DNA of 64,000 nucleotides from Myxococcales bacterium (GTDB taxonomy: Bacteria; Myxococcota; Myxococcia; Myxococcales; JAKAPL01). The position numbers and the translations under genes are program-made. The number at the start of each line of letters is the position of its first letter. The stretch's first letter is position 1. The notes beneath the pieces are model-generated. The model had not been told where the DNA came from and did no database searches. It was given only the letters and a program-made list of their open reading frames with translations. The DNA lies in assembly GCA_021783235.1 (NCBI GenBank), contig JAJXUD010000007.1, forward strand, positions 10,025-74,024, given 5' to 3'. This document shows, piece after piece, positions 1 through 11,775 of this stretch.

Positions 1-48
1 CTCGCGAGGGCGCGGGGGGCGCGCCTCGTCACCGGAAAGCACGACGCC

Positions 49-2682
49 GTGAAGCGCGCGCGGGAGCTCGGGGTCGCGACCGTCACCGTGGACGAGCTCA
101 TCGACGAGCTCGCGGCGGCCGGCCGGATCGACGCCGCGGCGTGCAAGCGGCGGATCCTCGAGACCGGTTACGGCCCCCCGGGCTATGACCACCGCGAGAT
201 CGAGGCGCGCTGGCAGCGCATCTGGGAGGAGAGGCAGCTCTTTCGGGCGGGCCGCCGGCCCGAGGCGAAGAAGCGCTACGTGCTCGAGATGTTCCCCTAC
301 CCCTCGGGCGCGATGCACATGGGCCACGCCCGCGTCTACGCCATCGGCGACGTGCTCGCGCGCGCCGCCCGCATGCGCGGCGAGGACGTCCTCCACCCGA
401 TGGGCTACGACGCGCTCGGGCTGCCCGCCGAGAACGCCGCCATCAAGGACGGCATCCACCCGGCGATCCGGACGCGCGACAACATCGCGAGCTTCCGCGC
501 CGAGATGAAGTCGATGGGCTTCTCCTTCGACTGGTCGCGCGAGCTCGCCACCTCGGACCCGGCCTACTACCGCTGGAACCAGTGGTTCTTCGTCAAGATG
601 CTCGAGCGCGACCTGGTCTACCGGCGCCAGGGCTGGGTCAACTGGTGCCCCTCGTGCGCCACGGTCCTCGCGAACGAGCAGGTCGAGGACGGCGTCTGCT
701 GGCGGGGCCACCCGGGCGTGACGAAGCGGCAGATCGGCGAGTGGGCCTTCCGCATCACCCGCTACGCGGACGAGCTGCTGCGCGACCTGGACCAGCTCTC
801 GGCCTGGCCCGAGCGGGTCACGCAGATGCAGCGCAACTGGATCGGCCGCAGCGAAGGGGCCGAGGTCGAGTTCGAGGTCGCCGGGACGGGCGAGCGGCTG
901 CGGATCTACACGACGCGGATCGACACCATCTTCGGCTGCAGCTACCTCGCCATCGCGCCCGAGCACCCGCTCGCCCAGCGGATCGCCTCCCCCGCGCAGC
1001 TCCCCGCGGTCCGGGCCTTCGCCGAGCGGATGGCGAAGGCCGATCAGGTCGCCCGCACGGCCGAGGGGGCGCCCAAGGAGGGCGTCGACACCGGGGCGGT
1101 GGCGATCCACCCGTACAGCGGCCGCCGCCTCCCCGTCTGGGCGGCGAGCTTCGTCCTCGCCGAGTACGGCACGGGCGCGGTGATGAGCGTGCCCGCCCAC
1201 GACCAGCGCGACTTCGAGTTCGCGAAGCGGCACGGGCTGCCCGTCGAGGTCGTCATCGAGCCCGCGGGTGGCGAGCGGCTCGACGCCGCGGCGCTCGAGG
1301 CGGCCTTCACCGAGGACGGGCTCCTCGCGGCGAGCGGCGAGTGGAGCGGCCTCTCGTCCGCCGAGGCGCGCCAGCGGCTCGCGGCCTTCGCGAAGGAGAA
1401 GGGCTTCGGCGGCCCCAAGGTGAACTACCACCTGCGCGACTGGGGCTTCTCGCGGCAGCGCTACTGGGGCACGCCCATCCCCATCGTCTACTGCGACCGC
1501 TGCGGCGAGCCGGGCAAGCCGAAGGCCGTCCCGGTGCCCGTGGAGCAGCTGCCCGTCCTGCTCCCCGAGAAGGCCGTGCTCACCGGCTCGGGCGAGCCGC
1601 CGCTCGCGAAGGTGCCGGAGTTCGTGCAGACGACCTGTCCCGCCTGCGGCGGCCCGGCGCGCCGCGAGACGGAGACGATGGACACCTTCGTCGACTCCTG
1701 CTGGTACTTCGCCCGCTTCCTCTCGCCGAAGGACGATCGGGCGCCGTTCGACCGCGAGGCGGCGCGTCGCTGGCTGCCGATCGACGTCTACGTCGGCGGT
1801 CCCGAGCACGCGGTCCTCCACCTGCTCTACTTCCGCTTCTGGACCAAGGTGATGCGCGACCTCGGACTCTGCGACGTCGGCGAGCCCGCCGCGCGGCTCG
1901 TGACGCAGGGGATCGTGCTCGGCCCCGACGGCGAGAAGATGTCGAAGTCGCGCGGCAACGTCGTCTCGCCGCGCGGCTACGTGGAGCGCTACGGCGCCGA
2001 CGCGACGCGGCTCTTCGTCCTCTTCGCCGGACCAGTCGAGCGCGACTTCGCCTGGAACGACGCGCAGCTGGAGGGGCTGCACCGCTTCCTCGCGCGCGTC
2101 TGGCGGCTGCTGCACCGATCGCACGGCGAGATCGCCCGGGCGGGCGCGCCGGACGCGGCGGGGCTGGGGAGGGCGCTCGAGCTGCGCCGCTCCTCGCACC
2201 GGACCCTGAAGAAGGTGACCGAGGATCTCGAGCGGATCCACTTCAACACCGCGCTGTCGGCGGCGATGGAGCACGTCAACGAGATCGCGCGGCTCTACGG
2301 CGCGGAGGGGGCCCTGCAGCTCGGCCAGCCGGGCGACCGGGAGGCGCTGCGGGAGGCGTTCGAGCTGCTCGCGGTCTGCCTCGCGCCCTTCGCCCCTCAC
2401 TTCGCCGAGGAGGTCTGGTCGCTCCTCGCCCACGCGGAGTGCCTCCAGGAGAGCCTCTGGCCGGCCTACGACCCGCGCCTCGTCCTCTCGGAGAGCGTCA
2501 CCTACGCCGTGCAGGTGAACGGGAAGCTGCGCGGGGAGGTCCGCGCCGGCGTCGAGGCGGCAGAGGCCGAGGTGGTCGCGCTGGCGCGGGCCGAGGAGAA
2601 GGTCGCGCCTCACCTCGCCGGCAAGACCGTCCGCAAGCTCGTCTTCGTCCCGAAGCGGCTCGTCAACTTCGTGGTGGGCTGA
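49..2682 (+). CDS. leuS: Leucine--tRNA ligase; 5' boundary uncertain because the frame is open back to nt 1
   Basis: 877-aa track ORF. HIGH-type motif HMGHARVY, KMSKS loop KMSKSRGN, and conserved N-terminus YDHREIEARWQRIWEE starting near nt 184. Followed by lptE, a common synteny. Confidence 0.93.
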   Translation: MKRARELGVATVTVDELIDELAAAGRIDAAACKRRILETGYGPPGYDHREIEARWQRIWEERQLFRAGRRPEAKKRYVLEMFPYPSGAMHMGHARVYAIGDVLARAARMRGEDVLHPMGYDALGLPAENAAIKDGIHPAIRTRDNIASFRAEMKSMGFSFDWSRELATSDPAYYRWNQWFFVKMLERDLVYRRQGWVNWCPSCATVLANEQVEDGVCWRGHPGVTKRQIGEWAFRITRYADELLRDLDQLSAWPERVTQMQRNWIGRSEGAEVEFEVAGTGERLRIYTTRIDTIFGCSYLAIAPEHPLAQRIASPAQLPAVRAFAERMAKADQVARTAEGAPKEGVDTGAVAIHPYSGRRLPVWAASFVLAEYGTGAVMSVPAHDQRDFEFAKRHGLPVEVVIEPAGGERLDAAALEAAFTEDGLLAASGEWSGLSSAEARQRLAAFAKEKGFGGPKVNYHLRDWGFSRQRYWGTPIPIVYCDRCGEPGKPKAVPVPVEQLPVLLPEKAVLTGSGEPPLAKVPEFVQTTCPACGGPARRETETMDTFVDSCWYFARFLSPKDDRAPFDREAARRWLPIDVYVGGPEHAVLHLLYFRFWTKVMRDLGLCDVGEPAARLVTQGIVLGPDGEKMSKSRGNVVSPRGYVERYGADATRLFVLFAGPVERDFAWNDAQLEGLHRFLARVWRLLHRSHGEIARAGAPDAAGLGRALELRRSSHRTLKKVTEDLERIHFNTALSAAMEHVNEIARLYGAEGALQLGQPGDREALREAFELLAVCLAPFAPHFAEEVWSLLAHAECLQESLWPAYDPRLVLSESVTYAVQVNGKLRGEVRAGVEAAEAEVVALARAEEKVAPHLAGKTVRKLVFVPKRLVNFVVG

Positions 2683-2687
2683 CGCCC

Positions 2688-3230
2688 GTGGGCCGCCGCC
2701 TCGCCGTCGCGCTCGGGGGGCTGCTGCTCGCCGCGTGCGGCTACCGCTTCGCCGCCGACGGCGGTCCCTTGCCGAAGGGGGTCGGGCACGTCGCGGTCCC
2801 GACGCTCAAGAACCTGACCGCCGAGACCTACCTGTCGGCCTGGCTCACCGAGGAGCTGCGGCGCGAGCTCGCCCGCGGTGGCCACGGCGAGGAGCAGGGG
2901 GCCGAGGCGCGGCTCGACGGGACGATCGAGCAGGTCGGGGGCGGGCCGCTCGCCCTGAAGTCGGCCGCGCCGTTCGTGAACGGCCAGCCGGTCGCCGGCG
3001 CCATGCTCGCCCCCGCGAACCCAGGGCTCTACTCGGCGCAGGTGACCGTGACGGTGCGGCTCTGGCGCGGCGCCGAGCTGCTCGCCGAGGTCGACCACTT
3101 CCAGCGCCAGGAGCCGTACCTGCCCTCGGACGATCTCGCGACCATGGAGGCGAACCGCCGGCTCGCCCTGCGGCGGCTCGCGGCCACCGTCGCCCGCGAG
3201 CTCGTCGCGCGCCTCGAGGCGGCGCCGTAG
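2688..3230 (+). CDS. lptE: LPS-assembly lipoprotein LptE-like
   Basis: GTG start 5 nt after the leuS stop. Lipoprotein signal VGRRLAVALGGLLLAACGY. About 180 aa, sitting in the tail of track ORF 582..3230. Position directly after leuS. Confidence 0.7.
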   Translation: MGRRLAVALGGLLLAACGYRFAADGGPLPKGVGHVAVPTLKNLTAETYLSAWLTEELRRELARGGHGEEQGAEARLDGTIEQVGGGPLALKSAAPFVNGQPVAGAMLAPANPGLYSAQVTVTVRLWRGAELLAEVDHFQRQEPYLPSDDLATMEANRRLALRRLAATVARELVARLEAAP

Positions 3231-3265
3231 GGCTCCAGTCGCGAGCGGCTCCCCGGCGGAGCGGC

Positions 3266-3281
3266 TGACGGGGTCCCGTCA
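3266..3281. terminator. Short hairpin between convergent lptE and amt (candidate bidirectional terminator)
   Basis: tgacgg-ggtc-ccgtca: 6-bp stem, 4-nt loop, overlapping the amt stop codon. No U-tract. Confidence 0.2.
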
Positions 3282-4874
3282 GTCCGGCTGGGGGACCGGC
3301 TTGCGGCGCGGCTCGAAGGTCGCCGACGGCTGCGTCCCCGCGCCGAAGGCGCCGACCGACGAGGCGCCGATGAGCGTGGGGTCGGGGTAGCCGACGAGCC
3401 CGATCTCGCCCTGATCGAGCCCCAGGATCTCCACCTCCTCGGAGACGCGGTTGCCGACGAGCCGCTCGCAGAGCGCGTAGGCGGCCCAGCTCGTCGGCAC
3501 GACCCAGGCGAGGAGGGCGAGGAGCCCGACGAGCGAGGCGACGAGCTGCCCCGGGTCGCCGTAAAAGAGGCCGCGCACCCCGCCGGCGACGCCGTTCAGT
3601 CCGGCGCCGTAGCTGCCGTCGGCGAGGAGCCCGACCGCGAGGATCCCGAGCGCGCCGCAGGCGCCGTGGACTCCGACGGCGCCGACGGGGTCGTCGAGCC
3701 GGAAGCGGCGCTCCACCCAGAGGTTCACCCACGTCGCGGCGAGTCCGGCCGCGAGCCCGATCCCCACGGCCGCGCCACTGGTCACGTAGGCGCAGGGGGC
3801 GGTGACGGCGACGAGTCCGCCGAGGAGGCCGTTCGACATCATCGTGACGTCGGGCTTGCCCATCCGCCACCAGACCCAGAGCGTCGCCGAGAGCGCGCCC
3901 GCCGCGGAGGCGAGCATCGTGTTGACGAGGACGATGGAGATCCGAAGGTCGGTCCCGGCGAGGGTCGAGCCGCCGTTGAAGCCGAACCAGCCGAAGGCGA
4001 GGACGATCGTGCCGAGCACCGCCATCGGGATGTTGTGGCCGGGGATGGGGATCGGGCGGCCGTCCTTGCGGAAGCGGCCCCGGCGTGGCCCGAGCACGAT
4101 CAGCCCGACGAGCGCCATCACCCCCCCGACGAGGTGGACCACCGAGCTGCCGGCGAAGTCGACGTGGCCGTGTCCCCAGCCGAAGTTGGTTCCGAGCGAG
4201 GCGAGGAAGCCTCCGCCCCAGGTCCAGTTGGCGTAGATCGGGTAGATGAAGGCGCAGACGATCGCCGAGTAGAGGGCGAAGGCCGAGAAGCGCCAGCGCT
4301 CCGCGAGCGCGCCCGTGGGGATGGTCGCGGCCGTGTCCATGAAGACCATCTGAAAGAGGAAGGTCGCGAAGACGGCCGCGTCCGCGGCGGCGCCGGAGAG
4401 AAAGAAGCCGCGGCCGCCCGCGAGGCCGAAGGCCTTGCCGAAGAGGTGCACCGTCAGCTCGTGCGAGAGCACGTCGGCGCCGCCGAGCGTCGAGAGGGCG
4501 CCGACCCCGCCCATCTGCAGGCCAAAGCCGACCGCCCAAAAGCAGAGGACGCCGATGGCGTAGACGAAGAGGTTCATCGCCATCGTGTGGGCGACGTTCT
4601 TCGCCCGGGTGAGCCCCGTCTCGACGAGCGCGAAGCCCGCTTGCATGAACATGACGAGGAAGGCGCCGAGCAGCATCCAGACGAAGTTCAGCGAGACTCG
4701 GTCGTGGCCCACCGCGTCGGCGAGCTCCGCGACCGTGGGCTGGCCCGCGTGGGCCGCGGGGACGTCGAGCGCGCCGCCGGTGTGCAGACCGACGGGATCG
4801 GGCGCCACCGCGAGGGCGGTCGCCGAAAGGCCGAGGGCGAGGAGGAGGGGGAGGGCGCGGCGGAAGGGGCGCAT
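3279..4874 (-). CDS. amt: Ammonium transporter (Amt family) with N-terminal signal peptide
   Basis: Motifs FMQAGFALVETG, DFAGSSVVHLVGG, FGWFGFNGGS and C-terminal RVSEEVEILGLDQGEIG. Start moved to ATG 4874 (MRPFRRALPLLLALGL...), inside track ORF 3279..5144. Confidence 0.92.
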   Translation of the reverse strand: MRPFRRALPLLLALGLSATALAVAPDPVGLHTGGALDVPAAHAGQPTVAELADAVGHDRVSLNFVWMLLGAFLVMFMQAGFALVETGLTRAKNVAHTMAMNLFVYAIGVLCFWAVGFGLQMGGVGALSTLGGADVLSHELTVHLFGKAFGLAGGRGFFLSGAAADAAVFATFLFQMVFMDTAATIPTGALAERWRFSAFALYSAIVCAFIYPIYANWTWGGGFLASLGTNFGWGHGHVDFAGSSVVHLVGGVMALVGLIVLGPRRGRFRKDGRPIPIPGHNIPMAVLGTIVLAFGWFGFNGGSTLAGTDLRISIVLVNTMLASAAGALSATLWVWWRMGKPDVTMMSNGLLGGLVAVTAPCAYVTSGAAVGIGLAAGLAATWVNLWVERRFRLDDPVGAVGVHGACGALGILAVGLLADGSYGAGLNGVAGGVRGLFYGDPGQLVASLVGLLALLAWVVPTSWAAYALCERLVGNRVSEEVEILGLDQGEIGLVGYPDPTLIGASSVGAFGAGTQPSATFEPRRKPVPQPD

Positions 4875-4880
4875 CGCGAA

Positions 4881-4909
4881 ACGATAGCGATGGTGACGAG
4901 GTGCGTCAA
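4881..4909 (-). promoter_or_regulatory. Candidate sigma70-type promoter of amt (TTGACG-N17-TATCGT), with the -10 box ending 6 nt before the ATG
   Basis: Read on the minus strand: TTGACG (4909..4904), 17-nt spacer, TATCGT (4886..4881), then 6 nt, then ATG. No SD sequence. Confidence 0.3.
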
Positions 4910-4995
4910 TGAGCGGTCGCTTGACAGCGCGCGTCGAGATCGAGTAACAGGCGCGCCGATCGGGTGGCGTCCCGTCCCCGGCGGAGGTGGCTCCC

Positions 4996-5262
4996 ATGCG
5001 GCGGATTCTCTGGACCCTGGCCCCGGTGGCGATCGGCGCGACGCTCTGCCTCGGCGCCGCGCCCGCGCAGTCGGCCCCCACGCGCACGCGGCTCGAGCTG
5101 CCCGAGCTGCTCCTCCCCGCGCCGAAGCCCCAGCCGAAGCCCAACGCCTCCGCCGATGCCCCGCAGAAGAAGGACGCGGGCCTCGGCGACTACACGCTGC
5201 CCGGCCGTCGCGCCGACGAGGCCAGCGCTTCGCGCGCCACCCCGCCCTCGGCGCGGCTCTAG
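4996..5262 (+). CDS. Small secreted Pro/Ala/Ser-rich protein (88 aa), hypothetical
   Basis: GGAGG lies 8 nt upstream of ATG 4996. Signal peptide MRRILWTLAPVAIGATLCLGAAPAQS, then a low-complexity APKPQPKPNASADAPQ segment. GC-rich third codon positions. Confidence 0.45.
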   Translation: MRRILWTLAPVAIGATLCLGAAPAQSAPTRTRLELPELLLPAPKPQPKPNASADAPQKKDAGLGDYTLPGRRADEASASRATPPSARL

Positions 5263-5274
5263 CCGTCGCCGTCC

Positions 5275-7116
5275 TTGCCGCCCGATGGGACGATTCGGCG
5301 GGCTCCCCCGCTGGCGGCGCTCCTCTTCGTCGTCCCGCTCGCTTTCTGTCCCTGGACGCTCGACAACTTCGAGCGGGTCAAGCTCTCGCTCCTGCTCCTC
5401 GGGGCGATCGGCGTCGCCACGGCCGCGCTCTCGCGGGTCGCTCCGCGGCGGCTCCTCGGGCGGCCGGACCCCGTGAGCTTCGCGGTCGCGGCAGGACTGC
5501 TGGCCGCGGCCGTCTCGGCCGCGTTCTCGATCGACCGGCGCGTCTCGATCTTCGGCGACCCCGCGAGCCTCCACGGGCTCCTGACAATCGCCGCCCTCGC
5601 CGTCCTCACCGCCGCGGCTCGCGCCGCGGGACGGTCGGAGGCCGCGCGTCGCCGCTGCCTCGAGGCCGCGTTCGCGTCGGGCGCCCTCGCCGCCATCTAT
5701 GCTCTCGCCCAGCTCCTCCAGCTCGACCCACTGCGCTGGGGAGGCACCGCCTCGTTCGCGGGCAGCCTCCGGCCGTTCGGTACCCTCGGTCACCCCATGC
5801 TGCTCGGGGGCTACCTCGCGATGGTGCTGCCTCTCGGGGCTTGCCTCCTCGGGGAGGCGAACCGGGAGGGGAAGCGGCTCCGCGCGACGCTCCTGGCCGT
5901 AGCGCTCGTCGCGTGCGCCGCGGCGCTCGTCGCGTCGCTCTCTCGCGCCGCCTGGGGCGCCGGGGCCGCGGGGCTCCTCACCGCCTGGCTGCTCGGCGGG
6001 TGGCGCGCGAGGTACCCGCGGCGGGCGGCGCTCCTCGCGGCGCTCGGCACGGTGGCGGCGGTGGCTCTCTCCGCCGGCCTGCGCTCCCGGCTGCTGGGAT
6101 TCTTCCAGGCCCCGAGCCGGCTCGCGATCTGGCGCGTGGCCTGGGCACTCTTTCTCGAGCGGCCGCTGAGCGGGATCGGCCTCGACGCCTTTCGCCTCGG
6201 CTTCATCCACCGCCGCACGGCGGCGTACTGGGCCCTGGAATTCGGTGCGACCCCCTCGCGCGCGCACTCCCAGCCGCTCGAGATCCTCGCGACCGAGGGG
6301 CTTCTCGGCGCGCTGGCGGCTGCCCTCCTCGCCTGGGCGCTCGCCTCGGCCCTGATCCGCGCCCGTCGAACCGCCTCTCCCCCCGTCGTGGCCGCGCTGG
6401 CGGGCGCGCTCGTCGCCTTCGCGGTCCAGGGGCTGACCGGCTTCACCGTCGCGGCCACCGGGCTCCTCTTCGCCGCCTGCGCCGGCTTCCTCTCGAGCCT
6501 CGCCTGGCCAGAGCCGTTCCTCGAGCTGCGCCGAACTCCTCCGCTCGTCCGGCCGCTCGTCTGGGGCGGCGGCGCCGCGGCCGCGCTCGCGCTCGCCATC
6601 GCGCCCACGGTCGCGGATCTCTTCGCGCAGCGGGGTAGCCATCGCGCCGCTGCCGATCCCGCGAAGGCTGTCGCCGCGCTCTCCCGGGCCCGGCGGCTCG
6701 CCCCGCTGGAGCCCCGCGACGCGGGAGAGCTCGGGCTCGCCCTCGCGCGGCTCGCACGGCAGACGCCCGCCGGCGCCGGACGGGAGGCGCTCACCGGCGA
6801 GGCCGAGGCCGCTCTCGGTCGGGCCATCGCGCTCGAGCCGCTCGATCCCGCCTACGATGTCGAACTCGGCTCGGTGGAGGCCGAGCTCTCGCCGTCGCGC
6901 TGGCCCGAGGCGCAGGCGAGCTTCGAGCGGGCGCTGACCCTCGATCCCGCGAACGCGCTCGCCTACCTCGACGCGGGTCGGGCCGCCCTGCGGGTGGGGC
7001 GGCCCGCGAACGCGCTGCTCTACGCGAGCCGGCTGCTCGCTCGCTACCCGGATCTGCCCGAGGCGCTCGACCTCCAGGTCCGCGCCCGTAGATCGCTCGG
7101 AGCACGTTCTCCTTGA
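5275..7116 (+). CDS. O-antigen ligase/polymerase-like (Wzy_C-type) polytopic membrane protein with a C-terminal TPR domain
   Basis: TTG start. Many TM segments, an SLSRAAWGAGAAGLL-type loop typical of Wzy_C/WaaL-like proteins, and a C-terminal TPR-like region (ALEPLDPAYDVELG..., ALTLDPANALAYLDAG...). Confidence 0.7.
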   Translation: MPPDGTIRRAPPLAALLFVVPLAFCPWTLDNFERVKLSLLLLGAIGVATAALSRVAPRRLLGRPDPVSFAVAAGLLAAAVSAAFSIDRRVSIFGDPASLHGLLTIAALAVLTAAARAAGRSEAARRRCLEAAFASGALAAIYALAQLLQLDPLRWGGTASFAGSLRPFGTLGHPMLLGGYLAMVLPLGACLLGEANREGKRLRATLLAVALVACAAALVASLSRAAWGAGAAGLLTAWLLGGWRARYPRRAALLAALGTVAAVALSAGLRSRLLGFFQAPSRLAIWRVAWALFLERPLSGIGLDAFRLGFIHRRTAAYWALEFGATPSRAHSQPLEILATEGLLGALAAALLAWALASALIRARRTASPPVVAALAGALVAFAVQGLTGFTVAATGLLFAACAGFLSSLAWPEPFLELRRTPPLVRPLVWGGGAAAALALAIAPTVADLFAQRGSHRAAADPAKAVAALSRARRLAPLEPRDAGELGLALARLARQTPAGAGREALTGEAEAALGRAIALEPLDPAYDVELGSVEAELSPSRWPEAQASFERALTLDPANALAYLDAGRAALRVGRPANALLYASRLLARYPDLPEALDLQVRARRSLGARSP

Positions 7117-7162
7117 ACGCCCCGTTCCTTTGTGGCATCACGCGGGCTCCTCTGGAGGCGCC

Positions 7163-8107
7163 ATGAATTTTCGTTCTGCCGTGTTTGCCGCGCTCGTCTC
7201 GTTGCTCGCTGCTTGCGGGGCTGGTGCCAAGGGCGGATCCGACGCCGGCGTGGGCGGCAGCGGCGGGCCGGGGGGAGCGATGCACCTGAACCTCGTGGCC
7301 CAGTCGATCGACTTCCGGATGTCGTCGGACCTCACGATCGTCTTGAGCGACAACGGTTCGTTGCCCTGTTTCCAGCCGCAGGGCGGGGTGGGTGCGGCCG
7401 GCAATCAGCTCGTCGTCCAGCTCGCTGACCCCTCGGGAACGATCCAGTCGGGCAGCTACGACCTCGCGAGCTCGACCTCTAACCCGGGCCAGGCGGTCGC
7501 GGCGGCCTACCTGCTCCGCATCGCGGTCGACGGCAGCGAGACCGTCGACCCCGCGACCTCCGGGACGCTGCGGCTCGACTCGGCCGACCCGAACTTCTAC
7601 ACCGCCAAGGGCTCGGTGGACCTCGTCTTCCAGGACGGCACACTGAGCGCGAGCATCGACGCGACGGCGGCGTGCCAGTTCCACGACTCGGTGATGGGCG
7701 CGGGCGTTGTGGCCGGGGACTGCGGGCTGTTCGCCGATGGCGCCCACGCGGTTCTGAACGGCAACAGCCTCGCGATCGACCTGCTCTCCCCGGCGGCCGG
7801 CTCGAGCTACAGCCCGACGGACTGCGCCCGTGCGCAGCTCACCCCGACGGTCCTCACGGCCACGGTGGACACCGGCGCCTCGGGGAGTCCGGGCAGCTTC
7901 TCCGGATCGCAGCTCTCGGTGTCGCTCGTCCAGAACGGCCAGTCGATTGATTCGTCGTCGGCGTCGCTGACGCTGACCGAGATCAACAACTACAACCGCG
8001 GCGTCACCGAGACGGCCAGCGTCATCGGCTTCGGCACGGCCACCTTTCCCCTGGCCGGCGGCAAGAGCTGCGAGGCGTCGTTCGCCTTCGACAGCTACTG
8101 CGACTGA
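7163..8107 (+). CDS. Lipoprotein, hypothetical
   Basis: GGAGG lies 5 nt upstream of ATG 7163. Lipobox ALVSLLAACGA, then a Gly/Ser linker. No recognisable domain. Confidence 0.65.
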   Translation: MNFRSAVFAALVSLLAACGAGAKGGSDAGVGGSGGPGGAMHLNLVAQSIDFRMSSDLTIVLSDNGSLPCFQPQGGVGAAGNQLVVQLADPSGTIQSGSYDLASSTSNPGQAVAAAYLLRIAVDGSETVDPATSGTLRLDSADPNFYTAKGSVDLVFQDGTLSASIDATAACQFHDSVMGAGVVAGDCGLFADGAHAVLNGNSLAIDLLSPAAGSSYSPTDCARAQLTPTVLTATVDTGASGSPGSFSGSQLSVSLVQNGQSIDSSSASLTLTEINNYNRGVTETASVIGFGTATFPLAGGKSCEASFAFDSYCD

Positions 8108-8124
8108 GCCGTCGCCGCGCCTCC

Positions 8125-11013
<2,889 letters not shown>

Positions 11014-11024
11014 GGAAGGGGCTA

Positions 11025-11052
11025 AAGATAAGGGGGAGCCCCCACCAGTCAA
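11025..11052 (-). promoter_or_regulatory. Candidate promoter of uvrA (TTGACT-N16-TATCTT)
   Basis: Read on the minus strand: TTGACT (11052..11047), 16-nt spacer, TATCTT (11030..11025), then 11 nt to the ATG with no SD. Confidence 0.3.
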
Positions 11053-11094
11053 CCAGATGGCGCCTTCGGCGACGAAGATTCCGGCGGGTGCTCC

Positions 11095-11775
11095 GTGGGC
11101 CGTGAACCGGCGTCGACAGGTCGCTTCGGCCCTGTTATCCCTCCGATTGCCATGGCATGTCTCGCAAGCGACCGGGGGAGCCTGCGCCTTTCGCTCGAGC
11201 TCGCCGCCCGCGAGAGCGGCGCGCCCGCGGCGCGCGGCGCCGAGGGCTGTGAGCTACCGGCCCCGGCCTCGGCGAAGATCGGCCTTCCGATCGTCGGCGC
11301 GAAGGGCCTTGGGGCGGACGAGCTGCCGCGCGTCCTCTGCGCCGTCTCGATGGACTTCCACGACCGGCGCGACGGCGAGTTCTGGCCGTTCGTCCGCTAC
11401 GCCGTTCTCTGGCTCGGGCCGAACGACCCGCAGGAGCTCGTCCTCGGGCTCGAGCGGCTTTTGCGCGACGAGCTGCCGGGCTTCGCCTTCCGCTGCGCCG
11501 GCCTCGGCGCGCTGGGGCTGCAGGTCGGCAGGCTCTCGGGCGAGCGGGTGGGGACGACGCGCTACGCCGTCGAGGTCGGGCTCGACCTCGCGGGGGTCCT
11601 CGACGAGGCCGCCGGCGCCGGCCACCCGCCTGGCGAGACGCTCTCGCTCTTCCGCTTCCAGACGGGCCGCGGCGAGCTCGTCGCCTTCGCGCGCGGGCTC
11701 GCCGACGAGCTCGCCGAGATCGGGGGGCTCGGGCGGGCGACGCCGCCGGGGGAGGGGACGGCGGCGCGCCGTTGA
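11095..11775 (+). CDS. Hypothetical protein (226 aa; start uncertain, an alternative ATG lies about 57 nt downstream)
   Basis: Strong GC3 codon bias in this frame. Its stop overlaps the TTG start of the next gene (TTGA). No recognisable motif. Confidence 0.5.
   Translation: MGREPASTGRFGPVIPPIAMACLASDRGSLRLSLELAARESGAPAARGAEGCELPAPASAKIGLPIVGAKGLGADELPRVLCAVSMDFHDRRDGEFWPFVRYAVLWLGPNDPQELVLGLERLLRDELPGFAFRCAGLGALGLQVGRLSGERVGTTRYAVEVGLDLAGVLDEAAGAGHPPGETLSLFRFQTGRGELVAFARGLADELAEIGGLGRATPPGEGTAARR

Noticed and set aside
582-2687. N-terminal ~700 aa of track ORF 582..3230 (882 aa, Arg/Gly/Pro/Ala-rich)
   Set aside because: It is an alternative frame of leuS with a composition typical of off-frame translation of GC-rich DNA. 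Only the last 543 nt (lptE, from GTG 2688) look like a real protein.
4875-4990. Sigma54/NtrC-type promoter expected upstream of an ammonium transporter
   Set aside because: I could not find a GG-N10-GC (TGGCAC-N5-TTGC) element on the amt strand by eye. A matrix scan would be needed to be sure.
2845-6642. Long ORFs 2845..4539 (-), 3666..6638 (+) and 4906..6642 (-)
   Set aside because: These are Arg/Pro/Gly-dominated shadow frames overlapping amt and the Wzy_C/TPR gene. They have no motifs, and the opposite or other frames carry clear protein signatures.
11014-11094. SOS/LexA operator upstream of uvrA
   Set aside because: No convincing palindrome or known LexA-box-like sequence was seen in the 80-bp upstream region. 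The G5/C5 runs there do not form a symmetric site.
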